64,000 bases of DNA from Candidatus Latescibacterota bacterium (GTDB taxonomy: Bacteria; Latescibacterota; UBA2968; UBA8231), in the NCBI GenBank assembly GCA_965223905.1, contig CBDCXV010000009.1:32001-96000 (forward strand), written 5' to 3'. The notes beneath the pieces were generated by a model that searched no databases, was not told the DNA's origin, and was given only the letters and a program-made list of their open reading frames with translations. The position numbers were made by a program, and so were the translations under genes. Each line of letters begins with the position of its first letter. Position 1 is the first letter of the stretch. Of the stretch, positions 50,313 to 60,454 are shown one piece after another.

Positions 50313-52469
50313 TCAATCCAATACTCTTTCCACGATTGCGGAAAGTGCTTCATGGGAAAGTCGCTGTGCTGTAACCAGATTCGCTCCTCCCACACATCCC
50401 ATCTGCTTCAGGTCCCGGTAAGGAATACTTCTGCGGAAAAGGAACAGGTTATCAAAGGTCATCGCCGTGAGCTCACCATTAGAATTTGCCCTCTGGCCTA
50501 TTTCCTCCTCCGATAATACTCCTTGCCTCCGGAGGTTCAATACCGCTTGGGTCTTCGTCAGCTTGTCACAGAATGTAGCCCTCGCAATGGCAACGGCCGC
50601 CTTCTGTCTGCCGCTGACATAGAAGACCAACACTGTGCCCCGTCCGACCATTCTCTGGGTCCCGACCCGGCAGAAATAGGCCCTTTCCAACCGCAATGCA
50701 GCTTCCTTACCAGGAAGAAATGATGTCTGACTATCGGTCGGGGGTACCAATCCATGGGCAAATCTCTCCCTAATGGGCACAATTACGCCGCCTCGGCCGG
50801 GACAAATGATCGAGCCGGGAGACACCAAGGTTTCAAAGTCAAAAAGGGAAAGCGTTATAGGCCAAGATCTGTTATTAAAGACAATGCCGGTGTTGGACAA
50901 CTCGTCGTGCTTTGGCATGCTGTGAGCAAGTTCAAAACCAGTAGCTTCCTTGAAGTCATTTCTGAAGGACTCCCAATTGTCATTTGTAATTACTCCTCTA
51001 TGGGACACCTTCCTGAGACTCTGTAAAGCATTTCCTTCTTCACCTCGAATCGGCTGGAATCCCCTGCGGATTGCCACTTCTCGGGTCAGTCTTTGCCCTG
51101 GCCCCGTCTTCAGGTCGAACGCGAATAGTTGTCCCAGATGCCCCCGGTTGGTCATGGATTCCAACAGGTAATCGATCGCTCTGTCAGCATTCCAGTTCCC
51201 CTCGTCGACATATAGGTATGCGTCCGCCTTCCTGGACAAACTGGTTCTTGCCTCCCATGATCCTATTCCTACTATTCCCTCCCCCGTTCGCACAACCAAT
51301 CTCGTCCTCGGAGACTGCGTTGTTCCAGCGGCAAGACAATAGGATATAGCGGTTTCATCAATCCCCATCTCTCTCAGGAAGCTCTCGGCCCCCGCATCGC
51401 CTTCATCAAGATTTGAAACCCTGATTTCCTCTTGGCCAACAGCTACCGAGAACTCAGGCAGGTATGTGTCCACCTCCCCGAACGGTTCCCTGAGGTCAAG
51501 GGGTGATATAACTCTCAGGCTGTACTTTTCCAGAAGTGTCCCGCTGTGTCGAAGAATTCTGGCGTCGCGAGTTACAAAACCGAAGGCTTTATGATGAATG
51601 CACGATGCCAAGTGAACAAGATCCGATTGCTCATTTGCGGCCCACTTACCCGTTCTTGTATCAGCCACCGAAAGTTTGTCTTTCAGATCCTCAATCAGAC
51701 GCGCCAGTATTCCTGGCGATATTTCTGGCAAGGTCGGGAGGGTTCTGGCAAATTCCAGAACAGGGTCGTCGGACACATCTGGCGAGCGACGTTCCAGTTC
51801 CCTCCTGAATTCAGGGGTGACCCTGACACGTATTTCGCCGTTTAGAGCCGAGGAGAATATGAAAGCTGACTCTCCCGCATCCCGTTGCCTCACAGCATCG
51901 AAGAATACGTTCAGATCGATCACATAGGAGGGCGTGGGCAACAGGGGCCTAGCGTAGGCTATTTGCCTTCCGTCATCACCACTGGATGCCCCGGGAAACT
52001 GTCTCCTACCGAAAAGGGATGGGACGTCCAGTTCGAGTTCATAAACGTTTATCGTCCTTTTCGATTTTCCAGGGATCTGGCGTACAATTCGAAACCCTGA
52101 CCCCTGCCAGAATTTGTTCGCCTCCAAGTCCGAAGCCACTCTGGAACGAATGGTCAACCAACTGTTGTCTTCCCCGTATTCCTTGAGCGCCCCGACCAGT
52201 CTTCCTCCTACGCCTTCAAATCGATACTCAGGGAGAACATGGACTTGGAAGACCTTGAGGTGGGGATAGCTTCCGCCAAAGAACAGATGACCACGTAGTT
52301 TCTTCGTACTCCTGTCGATGGCGATCCAGAGGTGTCCTTTCATTGCGGCTTCTGTATAGGCACTTGCGGGGAGAAAACCGAGAGAGGACCTATTGTCATC
52401 TGCGAGTTGACGAATCTGGTCGATGTAATCCACTACACCGGCAGGATCCTGAAGGATTTTTTCAGTCAT
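50313..52469 (-). CDS. GNAT acetyltransferase - PIN - (degenerate GNAT) - EVE/PUA-like multidomain protein
   Basis: VHVLPEYRFEGVGGRL..ANKFWQGSGF (GNAT); YVIDLNVFFD..DLVHL..FVTRD (PIN); IVPIRERFA..AYF..GTVLVFYVS (PUA-like). Confidence 0.8.
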   Translation of the reverse strand: MTEKILQDPAGVVDYIDQIRQLADDNRSSLGFLPASAYTEAAMKGHLWIAIDRSTKKLRGHLFFGGSYPHLKVFQVHVLPEYRFEGVGGRLVGALKEYGEDNSWLTIRSRVASDLEANKFWQGSGFRIVRQIPGKSKRTINVYELELDVPSLFGRRQFPGASSGDDGRQIAYARPLLPTPSYVIDLNVFFDAVRQRDAGESAFIFSSALNGEIRVRVTPEFRRELERRSPDVSDDPVLEFARTLPTLPEISPGILARLIEDLKDKLSVADTRTGKWAANEQSDLVHLASCIHHKAFGFVTRDARILRHSGTLLEKYSLRVISPLDLREPFGEVDTYLPEFSVAVGQEEIRVSNLDEGDAGAESFLREMGIDETAISYCLAAGTTQSPRTRLVVRTGEGIVGIGSWEARTSLSRKADAYLYVDEGNWNADRAIDYLLESMTNRGHLGQLFAFDLKTGPGQRLTREVAIRRGFQPIRGEEGNALQSLRKVSHRGVITNDNWESFRNDFKEATGFELAHSMPKHDELSNTGIVFNNRSWPITLSLFDFETLVSPGSIICPGRGGVIVPIRERFAHGLVPPTDSQTSFLPGKEAALRLERAYFCRVGTQRMVGRGTVLVFYVSGRQKAAVAIARATFCDKLTKTQAVLNLRRQGVLSEEEIGQRANSNGELTAMTFDNLFLFRRSIPYRDLKQMGCVGGANLVTAQRLSHEALSAIVERVLD

Positions 52470-52592
52470 CTGGGATTTACAAACGATAGCTGTGTGCCTC
52501 AATTGCGGGCGAATAGCTTTGACAGCCGTACCATGTCCTTATTCCGATGCGCGACGGGGAGTCTGCGCACTCGCGGCCAAGATTGCAACCTG

Positions 52593-55500
52593 TCATCCGT
52601 CATCGTCGTCTGACCAGTACGCCGGTTTGGTTCCTGTCTCTCGTTTGGGGCGCTTGGCGTTCAGTTCGAGGAGCCGCGCCAGCACTTCGTCCCGGATGTC
52701 GTCGGGCCAGCGGTAGCGGTAGGGCTTTTTGCGCTTGGCCCACTCTTCCTCGTCGATCTCGTAGTCGAGGAGGAACTCGCAGTCGGTGGGGATGTCGTTC
52801 CAACCATAGGCATCGAGGACGACCTGGTCCATGGCGGCGTGGAGCTCGCGGAGCTTGGCGATGTCGGGGTTGTCTTCGTCGGGGTCGTGGAAGCGGTTGT
52901 AGGTCTTTGTGAGTCCTTCGTTGTTGCGGACCATAAGCCCGGCGCGGAAATCGTAGTAAGCCTTGCCCGCGCCTTCGAGTGCCGGGTCGGTTTCCCAGCC
53001 GTGGGGAAAGGGGAAGGTCTCGAAGCAGTCGGAGGGCGTGTAGCGGAGATCGTCCTTCAATGACGAGCCAAAGAAGCGCGTCCAGATCTCGTGGGATCGG
53101 GATTGGAGGGTGCAAAAGGCAGCGTAGGCGTCGAGGGGGAAGACTATGATTGTTTCCGCGTATACCATACCTGTGGGTAAGAATGCGAAGGCCGCCTGCT
53201 GGCCGACTCGTGAGATCGCCAAAACCCGCTCCAGCCCCGCGACGGCAGCGTAGAGTTCTTTTGCCGTCGAGCCGTAGCGCCACCAGAATTCCGCACGTTT
53301 TCGTCCAATGGCGTTTTTCGTGAGCTTCGCGCGATCCGGCTTTACTCCCTCTTCAACAATCGCTACCAGCGCGGGCCAATCTTCCGCCACCGGTGCTGGA
53401 TAGTCTAGAGGCACGATTCCTCGCCGCAGCCATTCACGACACTGATCCTGGTCCGCGTCCACCCATCGTTCGGCCAGATCATCCCGGCGCAGTGGATAGT
53501 CGCGGAAGTTGATCACGTAGCGGTGGTGGGCATGAGTCGGGCTGGTGTTCACCTCCTCCCCGCCTATGTAGGGAAAGATCACTTCTTGGTTCCGCGGGTC
53601 CTGCTCGATTAGGCGGCGCATCTCCGCAAGCGAAGTGGCAACGCCTTTCTTGTCGTTGTCGTCGAAGGTGAAACCCATGCCGAGAACTATGCTGCCCTGA
53701 TAGCTCTTGCGCACGTTCGCCTTCAGCCGCCCCGGGTCTTCGTGGCCACCCCGGTGGAAGAGAAAAGCGGTAATCGTATCGGTCGCCTCGTCATCAAGTC
53801 GTTTTGCTCCGGTGAACGGCCCTTTGTGCACGTGGAGCACGCTCACCACCACCGCGGCAAGTCCGGGCCACTTGACCCGCCGTCGGGCAAGGTAGATCTC
53901 CCCGCCGTGCTCGCAGATCCTGCGCAATCCGGTCGAGCGGGTGTCCCCCTGGGCGATGGTGTTGGTTGCGATCAGGCCAAAGGTGCCGTTTTCGCGCACC
54001 CGATCGAATGCGCGGCGGAAGAAGTGGGCAACGAGATCGGCGTTACCGTGGCTTTCTTCGTGGACCTGTTTCAACCAGTCCGGATAGCGGGGGACGTTGG
54101 CCGCAGCCACCGTGTTCTTGCCCGCGAACGGCGGATTCCCCACGATGGCGTCGAACCCCGGGTTCTCGCGATCGAACGCCTCCGGGAACTCGACCTCCCA
54201 GTGGAACGGCGCCAAGGGCGGTTCTACCTTGCGGCGCTCGTCGAGCCAATCCAGGTACTGCTCGGCTTTGCCTCCGAATATCGCTTCGCCGTACTCGCGG
54301 CGCTTCGCCTCCCGCTGCTTCGGTTTCGCCCCGTCGAAAAAGGCCGCCGTGGCCAAGTCTCCGAAAAGCCGCACCTTGCGCAACGCGAACTGCGCCCGGT
54401 TCCACAAGTCGCGCAACTCCCAGTCGGCGGTTTCCTCGCCCGCCTCCCGGATGAGCTCTCGCAACTCGGCCGCCTCTTGCACCTGATCCCGAACCCGCAT
54501 GGTCTCGAAGCCCAGCATGAACGAGGGCGATTCCTCCCGTTCCCAGTGAAAGGTCTCTATCTGCTTTCGGGACAGGCCGACCAGGGAATCCCCATCTCTC
54601 AGGGCATGATCGACGAAGGTCAACGCGTGGTCCTTGGCCAGGGTAGCGAGCCATAGCGAAACCTTGGCCAGGTCGACGGCCATCGGGTTGCGGTCCACCC
54701 CGTAGAGGCAACGCTGGGCGATCAGCCGGCGGGCGAAGATCCCCTCGTCCTCGTCGGGCGGGATGTCCGGCACCTCGCCGTGAGCGCGCCAAGTCTCGAC
54801 GAGAGCGTCTCCAAGCTGGCGGCAAGCCTCAACCAGAAACGCGCCCGAGCCCATGGCCGGGTCGCAGACCTTGAGGTCGAGGATCTGTTCAGGCTTCGGG
54901 GGCTTCCCGTCCTCTCCCTGAAGCCGCGTCAGGATCGGCCCCAGCGTCGTGCGCACGATCGGCTCCGTCAGCTCGCGGGGCGTGTAGTGTGAGCCGGAGC
55001 GGCGCCTCTCTTCACTGGGCTGCAGCACCATCGCCCCCCGCGGCACGCGATCGGGCGTGGCGTCGACCTCGACCACCGGCATGAGGGCCGCGTGCAGGTC
55101 CTCCAGCCTCTCCGCCTCTTTCACGGCCTTCTTCACTTTGTCGCCGAGCTTCCGGTCGGCGCGGTCCCGGAACCACTTGTCCCGCCGGGTTCCCGGTTCC
55201 GCTGCCAGCGCATCCAGGTCCACGGTCGTGGGAGCGCCCTGCTTCTTGGCCGCCTTGATCGCCAAGGACCTTCCGCTCGCGGTCTCCAGGCGGAACCCCA
55301 TCATGGTCTCGTAGACCGAGCCGATCTGCTCCACGTCGAGGGCCCGGTAGGAGATCCGCTCGCCGTCGAGAACCAGCAGCTTCTCAAGAGCGCGGTAGAT
55401 GGTGCCGTCCGGCACCAGGGGCGGCTCGATGCGCTCGTGAATCTGGCGCGCCACCATGTCCGGCCGTCCCTCGAGGAACGGGAACCGGTCCGGGTCGAAG

Positions 55501-56618
55501 AGGACGCCGTGCCGCCTGGGCAGGCTCATCTCCCCGGTCTCGGCGCCGTCGTGGATCAGGCGGAACAGCACCAGCAGCTGCGCCCAGGCGCCGTAGCGCT
55601 GGTCCATGGTGTCGGGGAACAGGGCCGCGTCCTCCCGCAGGCGCTCGTACAGTCCCACGAGGGAGTAGTAGCGCTGGAAGGTCCCGTCCTTGGGAAGCAT
55701 GTCCCGCTCTTCGGCGTAGAGCAGAAACACGAGCCGCAGGATCATGGTCAGCAGGGCGTGGTAGACGCGGTCGGGATTCTCAGCGAGGGTCCGTCGCAGC
55801 AGCTCTCCGTGCGAGGCGTCGTGCGCCGCCTGAAATCCTCGCAGCATCTCGTACAGGGCGTGCAGCACCTGCTCGGCGAGCCGCTCGCTGACCTCGTTCT
55901 GGAATTTGCGGCTGTCCTCGAGCAGGGCCGCCAGCCTCTGCGTGCCCGGCATCGCCAACAGTCGGCTTTCCTTCAAGAGCAGCCGCATGGCGGTGCAGAT
56001 CGGCCTCCCGGAGGTCTGCACCATCTCCGCCACGCGGAAGTCCATCCAGCCGGAGCTTTCCCCCCGCGGCGCCGAGATCAGCCGGATTGCCAGGCCGTTG
56101 AACAGCAGACCGGCCTTTACTTCGGTGCGCCGCAGGAGCCGCTCCATCCTGCTGTGCGGAGAGGCTTCAAGCGCTCCGGAGCCCTTCACCTCTTTGTCGA
56201 AGGCTTGCCCCGGCTCCAGGACCTGGACGAGGAGCTGCCAGTCGGACTCTCCTTTCCCGGGGCTGCGCTCGCGGACGGCGAAGTCGGGGGCGAGGGTTTC
56301 CCCATCCGCCGCGGTCACTATCAGGTCCTCAGGGATGGGGTTCTCTGTGGTGCCGGCGTAGCCTCTCGGCGAGAAGCTCCATTCCAGAACGGTTCTCGCG
56401 AAGGTCTCGAAATCAGGTAACCACGGGTCCTGATCCCCGTCCTGGCGAAACGCCCTTTCCTCGACGCAGTCGCGCAGCCGCCGCTGCCCATCGGCGTCCT
56501 GCCGGTCGAGGATGGCCCCTGCGCGCACGAGCGCCGGCGCGGAGACGACGAGACCGCTCGGCTGGACGAAGCCGATCCACTCGAGGTGCCTGAGAACCTG
56601 TGGGTCCAGCTTGGCCAT
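52593..56618 (-). CDS. drmMI: DISARM class I adenine methyltransferase DrmMI (Eco57I/type IIG-like)
   Basis: GSHYTP, VCDPAMGSGAFL, YGVD.NP, IVGNPPF, LRYTPSDCFETFPFP; lies between drmD and drmABC. Confidence 0.9.
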   Translation of the reverse strand: MAKLDPQVLRHLEWIGFVQPSGLVVSAPALVRAGAILDRQDADGQRRLRDCVEERAFRQDGDQDPWLPDFETFARTVLEWSFSPRGYAGTTENPIPEDLIVTAADGETLAPDFAVRERSPGKGESDWQLLVQVLEPGQAFDKEVKGSGALEASPHSRMERLLRRTEVKAGLLFNGLAIRLISAPRGESSGWMDFRVAEMVQTSGRPICTAMRLLLKESRLLAMPGTQRLAALLEDSRKFQNEVSERLAEQVLHALYEMLRGFQAAHDASHGELLRRTLAENPDRVYHALLTMILRLVFLLYAEERDMLPKDGTFQRYYSLVGLYERLREDAALFPDTMDQRYGAWAQLLVLFRLIHDGAETGEMSLPRRHGVLFDPDRFPFLEGRPDMVARQIHERIEPPLVPDGTIYRALEKLLVLDGERISYRALDVEQIGSVYETMMGFRLETASGRSLAIKAAKKQGAPTTVDLDALAAEPGTRRDKWFRDRADRKLGDKVKKAVKEAERLEDLHAALMPVVEVDATPDRVPRGAMVLQPSEERRRSGSHYTPRELTEPIVRTTLGPILTRLQGEDGKPPKPEQILDLKVCDPAMGSGAFLVEACRQLGDALVETWRAHGEVPDIPPDEDEGIFARRLIAQRCLYGVDRNPMAVDLAKVSLWLATLAKDHALTFVDHALRDGDSLVGLSRKQIETFHWEREESPSFMLGFETMRVRDQVQEAAELRELIREAGEETADWELRDLWNRAQFALRKVRLFGDLATAAFFDGAKPKQREAKRREYGEAIFGGKAEQYLDWLDERRKVEPPLAPFHWEVEFPEAFDRENPGFDAIVGNPPFAGKNTVAAANVPRYPDWLKQVHEESHGNADLVAHFFRRAFDRVRENGTFGLIATNTIAQGDTRSTGLRRICEHGGEIYLARRRVKWPGLAAVVVSVLHVHKGPFTGAKRLDDEATDTITAFLFHRGGHEDPGRLKANVRKSYQGSIVLGMGFTFDDNDKKGVATSLAEMRRLIEQDPRNQEVIFPYIGGEEVNTSPTHAHHRYVINFRDYPLRRDDLAERWVDADQDQCREWLRRGIVPLDYPAPVAEDWPALVAIVEEGVKPDRAKLTKNAIGRKRAEFWWRYGSTAKELYAAVAGLERVLAISRVGQQAAFAFLPTGMVYAETIIVFPLDAYAAFCTLQSRSHEIWTRFFGSSLKDDLRYTPSDCFETFPFPHGWETDPALEGAGKAYYDFRAGLMVRNNEGLTKTYNRFHDPDEDNPDIAKLRELHAAMDQVVLDAYGWNDIPTDCEFLLDYEIDEEEWAKRKKPYRYRWPDDIRDEVLARLLELNAKRPKRETGTKPAYWSDDDDG

Positions 56619-56621
56619 GCT

Positions 56622-59600
56622 TCAGTTGGTCTCCGGCCACAGGTAGGCGAGGCCGACCGGCTCCACCCGGGTCGCCCGGACCTCGTAGAACTCGCGCACG
56701 CGGGCCGGCTCCACTTCAAGGTCCTTCTCGAACTGTTCGAGACGACGGCGCCACCCACGCATGTTCGCCTCGACTTGGCCTCTCTCCTCCGCGTTGAAGT
56801 CCAGGGTCAGCTGAGTGAACTTGCGATCGTAATTTTCCAGCTCCTCGATCACCCGGGCGCGCTGGCGCTCGAGTGTCACCCGCAGATCCCGCTCCTCGCG
56901 GTTGCCGCGCTCGGCGAGGCCCTTGACGGCAATAGCGGCCAGTTCTTCCGCCCGCGGTTCCAGCTGCGGCAGCAGTTCCTCGATATCCCGCGCGGCGGTT
57001 TCCAGAAGCCGGCGCCGGATCGTCTCGTGCGGCACCCGCATCCCATCACCGGTCAGCGCCTCTTCGAGCAGGTCGAGCGTTCGCAGCTCGGTCTCCCGGG
57101 CGTACGCCCTGAGCGGCCCTTTCCGCTTCGATGTCTCGACCCATCTTGCGGCAACCGGAACCAGCTCCTCGTGCAGGCGCTCGGCGCCGCGTCCGTACAG
57201 GGAGAGCCGTCCGAGAAGGATCACGCGCGGTATCGAATCCCTGGCCTGCGCCAGGCAGGCCCGCGACAGGTCGTGGTAGATGAAGCCCTGGGCCCGGAAC
57301 CGAGCCAGCAGCCGCTGTGCCACGCGCTGCTCGAGGTGCAGGTGCACGCTGTCCTCGGTGACCGCGCCGGGGTCCTCGAAAACGACCGGGCGGATCGGCG
57401 CCTCCCGGCGCCATTCGGTCACCTTTTGATCCGGCTTTTTGGGCTGCCGCAGCGTATCGAGCGTGGACGACCAGCTGGCGTCGGTTTCCGCTCTCTGGTC
57501 GAGAGCCGGGAATTTCCACACCGGCCGTCCATCCTGGTCGCGGGTTTCCTCCAGGGGATCCGCCCCAAGCAGCTCCAGCGAGCAGGAAAGCGCATCCCTG
57601 AAGGCTCCCTCTTCGAACCGGACCCATTGTCGCGAGTTCTGAAGCAGTGACTGGCAGCGGGCGATCTGCTCCTTCAGGTCCTCCTGGCGCTCGCGGGCGC
57701 CTTCCAATTCCTCTTCTGCCACCTGCTTCCGATTCTCATCCAGGTCCGCCGCCCGGATCTCTTCGGCGAGCTTGTCGGCGTTCGCGTGGCGGATACCGCC
57801 GCGAAGCAGCCTTTCGACGTCGTCGTCGATGACCTTCGACAGGCTGCCCAACTCCCGCTTGATCCTCTCCGTCTTCCGGACAAGCACCTCGAGCACGCGG
57901 TCCTCCGCCCGCTGGGGCAGGACGAAGTAATGGCAGCGCACTTCCGGGGCGGGCTGCAGCTTGCGGTCGATGCGGCCGTTTCTCTGCTCGATCCGCCCCG
58001 GATTCCAGGGCAGGTCGAAGTGGAACAGGTCGGTGCAATGCGCCTGGAAGTTCAATCCTTCCCGCGCCGCGTCCGTAGCCAGCAGAATGCGCAGCGGGTC
58101 CTTGGCGGGGTGGGTGTTGAAGCGCTTCTGGATCTCCCGCCGATTGGTCGAGCTGACCAGTCCGTCTATCACCTCGATGCGCTCGTCCGCCAGGTCTGTC
58201 CCTGCGATCGCCTCCTCCAGGATGGTCTTCAGGTAGCGCTTGGTCCCCTCCCGGTTCTCGGTGAAGATCAGCACCCGGCGATCGTTCCACGGGGCCGGCT
58301 CACCTTGGGGCAATTCGCCGTGAGGCGGCATTCCGGGGCAGAGGTTCTCTCGAATCCACTGGATCAGGCGGCGAGCCTTTGCGTCCGGCAGATGCCGGGT
58401 CTCCTCGGCGATTTTCTCCATGCGGTCCAGGAGCTTCTGCTCCCGGTTCCACAGCTCCTCCGTCCTTTCGTCTCGCACCCCCCCTGCTTCGGCCGCGACC
58501 GTCATCGCCTCGACCTCGGCTTCCTCTTCGGCTTCGAGCTGATCCTCTTCCCACTCGCCCCGCTCGTCGTCGGAGTCCGGCGCCGTCCGCAGCAGGCTGT
58601 CTTGTTCTTCGGATTCGGGGATTTCGGCTTCCGCTTCCTGCTGACGTTCCCACTGCTTCACCACGGTGCGGCGATGCACCTGGAGGGTGCGGGCGAAAGC
58701 CTCGATTGAGGAGAGCAGCCGTTGCTGCAGCCCGACGACGAGCAGCCCGGCCGCGGCCTGCGACCTCAGCGAGGTCGTCGCGTGCCGCTCCTCCCGGGCG
58801 GTGCGGTACTGATCGAGCAGCTCCGACAGACGGATCTCGGGGGCGTCGGGCGGCAGGTTGTCGATCACCATCCTCTCGACGATCCGCCTTGAGAACCCTC
58901 CCTGGATCTCCCGGATGTCCTCCTTGAGGCGGCGCACCATCACCTCCTCGAGTTCGCCCTTGCCGCGGATCTTCACCCCGCGCGTGAACCGGTACGGGTC
59001 GAGCAGCTCCAGCAGGGTGGAGAAGCTGTTCGAGTGGCCGTTGTGGGGCGTGGCCGAGAGGAACAGCCGGTGTTCGAAGCGGCCGCACAGATCCCGGACG
59101 GCGCGCGTGAACTTGGTCTCGATCCCGTAACGGCCGCCGCTGGAAGGCGCCGCGTGGTGGGCCTCGTCGAGGATCAGCAGACTCCCCGGCAGCAACCCGC
59201 CCAGCCATTCCCGCATCGGGTCGGCGTACGTCGGGTCGATCAGCAGGTTGTGAGAGACCAGGAAGCGGCTGTGCGTCCGCCACGGGTTCACCCCGAATCC
59301 CCGCTCGCGGCGAACCCGCGCCAGGTAGCGCCGGTCGAGGATCTCGAAGACCAGTCCGAAGCGCTCCTCCAGCTCGCCTCTCCACTGCTCGATCACCGAG
59401 GGGGGAGCCGAGACGACGATGGTCTTTGCCTTCCTCCGCAACAGCAGCTCCCGGGCGATAAGCCCGGCCTCGATCGTCTTCCCGAGCCCGGTGTCGTCGG
59501 CGATGAACAGGTTTACACGCGGCAGACGCAGGGCCTTGCGCAGGGGCTCCATCTGGTAGGCGTCGATCTTGATGCCGGCGCGGAAGGGGGACTGGAACAG

Positions 59601-59915
59601 GTTGGGGTTGGTCGCCGTGACGCAGTTCCAGCGCAGGGTGTGGAGGAAGGCGGCGAACTGCCGCGGGGTGTCGAATCCTTTGGTCGCGAGATCGGCCCAG
59701 CCCTCTTCCTCGAGGATCAGGCGGTCGATCTCGTAGTCCCAGTAGACCTCGAGGCTCTGGCCCTGGGCGTCGTCGTCAGCGCAGGCGAGGCGCACGAGCG
59801 GGGATGCCGCTCCGTTGGCTACCACCTCCTCGACCAACCAGCGGCGAGAGCGAACCAGGACCAGCTGACCCGGTTCCGGGGTTTTTTCGGGCAGGCTATC
59901 TATAAATGATGTCAT
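56622..59915 (-). CDS. drmD: DISARM SNF2-like helicase DrmD
   Basis: IADDTGLGKTIE, LDEAHH, LSATPHNG, TDAAREGLN, LPWNPGRIEQRNGRIDR. Confidence 0.92.
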   Translation of the reverse strand: MTSFIDSLPEKTPEPGQLVLVRSRRWLVEEVVANGAASPLVRLACADDDAQGQSLEVYWDYEIDRLILEEEGWADLATKGFDTPRQFAAFLHTLRWNCVTATNPNLFQSPFRAGIKIDAYQMEPLRKALRLPRVNLFIADDTGLGKTIEAGLIARELLLRRKAKTIVVSAPPSVIEQWRGELEERFGLVFEILDRRYLARVRRERGFGVNPWRTHSRFLVSHNLLIDPTYADPMREWLGGLLPGSLLILDEAHHAAPSSGGRYGIETKFTRAVRDLCGRFEHRLFLSATPHNGHSNSFSTLLELLDPYRFTRGVKIRGKGELEEVMVRRLKEDIREIQGGFSRRIVERMVIDNLPPDAPEIRLSELLDQYRTAREERHATTSLRSQAAAGLLVVGLQQRLLSSIEAFARTLQVHRRTVVKQWERQQEAEAEIPESEEQDSLLRTAPDSDDERGEWEEDQLEAEEEAEVEAMTVAAEAGGVRDERTEELWNREQKLLDRMEKIAEETRHLPDAKARRLIQWIRENLCPGMPPHGELPQGEPAPWNDRRVLIFTENREGTKRYLKTILEEAIAGTDLADERIEVIDGLVSSTNRREIQKRFNTHPAKDPLRILLATDAAREGLNFQAHCTDLFHFDLPWNPGRIEQRNGRIDRKLQPAPEVRCHYFVLPQRAEDRVLEVLVRKTERIKRELGSLSKVIDDDVERLLRGGIRHANADKLAEEIRAADLDENRKQVAEEELEGARERQEDLKEQIARCQSLLQNSRQWVRFEEGAFRDALSCSLELLGADPLEETRDQDGRPVWKFPALDQRAETDASWSSTLDTLRQPKKPDQKVTEWRREAPIRPVVFEDPGAVTEDSVHLHLEQRVAQRLLARFRAQGFIYHDLSRACLAQARDSIPRVILLGRLSLYGRGAERLHEELVPVAARWVETSKRKGPLRAYARETELRTLDLLEEALTGDGMRVPHETIRRRLLETAARDIEELLPQLEPRAEELAAIAVKGLAERGNREERDLRVTLERQRARVIEELENYDRKFTQLTLDFNAEERGQVEANMRGWRRRLEQFEKDLEVEPARVREFYEVRATRVEPVGLAYLWPETN

Positions 59916-60026
59916 ATGACTGCTAAGACATCATATGCAGCAGGCAACAGCAAGGAAAAGCCCACCTCACTGCCATATCAGACTAGAAGAGATGGCCGGA
60001 TGCAGAGGGTGGATGGTACCGGAGCC

Positions 60027-60254
60027 TCATGCCCCGTGCTTTTCATACAGTTCCTTCACCGCTTCGTCGGAGGCAAACTCCCCCGCTTCGGCCAGCGCAA
60101 GGGAACTCCTCACTTCAGCAACCTGCTCGTCAGTAAACTTGGAGAAGGCTCCCCCTTCGCTCACGACCCGGAGCAACATGCGGCCGATGAAGTCCTGTCG
60201 ATCTTCAGGAAGTTCGGAAGCTTTCCTGAACGCCTCTTCGAGAAGCTTGGTCAT
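60027..60254 (-). CDS. Small putative type II antitoxin (ParD/addiction-module-like)
   Basis: MTKLLEEAF..ASELPEDRQD ... AEAGEFASDEAV; GGAG RBS; its stop overlaps a 15-codon MRLRYH.. stub. Confidence 0.65.
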   Translation of the reverse strand: MTKLLEEAFRKASELPEDRQDFIGRMLLRVVSEGGAFSKFTDEQVAEVRSSLALAEAGEFASDEAVKELYEKHGA

Positions 60255-60454
60255 CGTGGGGTTTCTCCATTCGCCAGGAGGTCGAAGGATGGGAACAGCG
60301 CCCGTTCAAGAGAATATAGGATGGCAATGACACCGCTACGACCTGATGCCGGCAGGTCGGATGGGCATTAACTGAAACCCCGTTCCCCGTATTATCTTTA
60401 TGTCCCTGAAGCAGTTACCGCCCCAAACCAGCGCCCCGGACCGCGCCGCCGAAG

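Noticed and set aside
34142-60370. Integrative element or prophage carrying the island
   Set aside because: No integrase, tRNA target, phage genes or flanking att repeats seen
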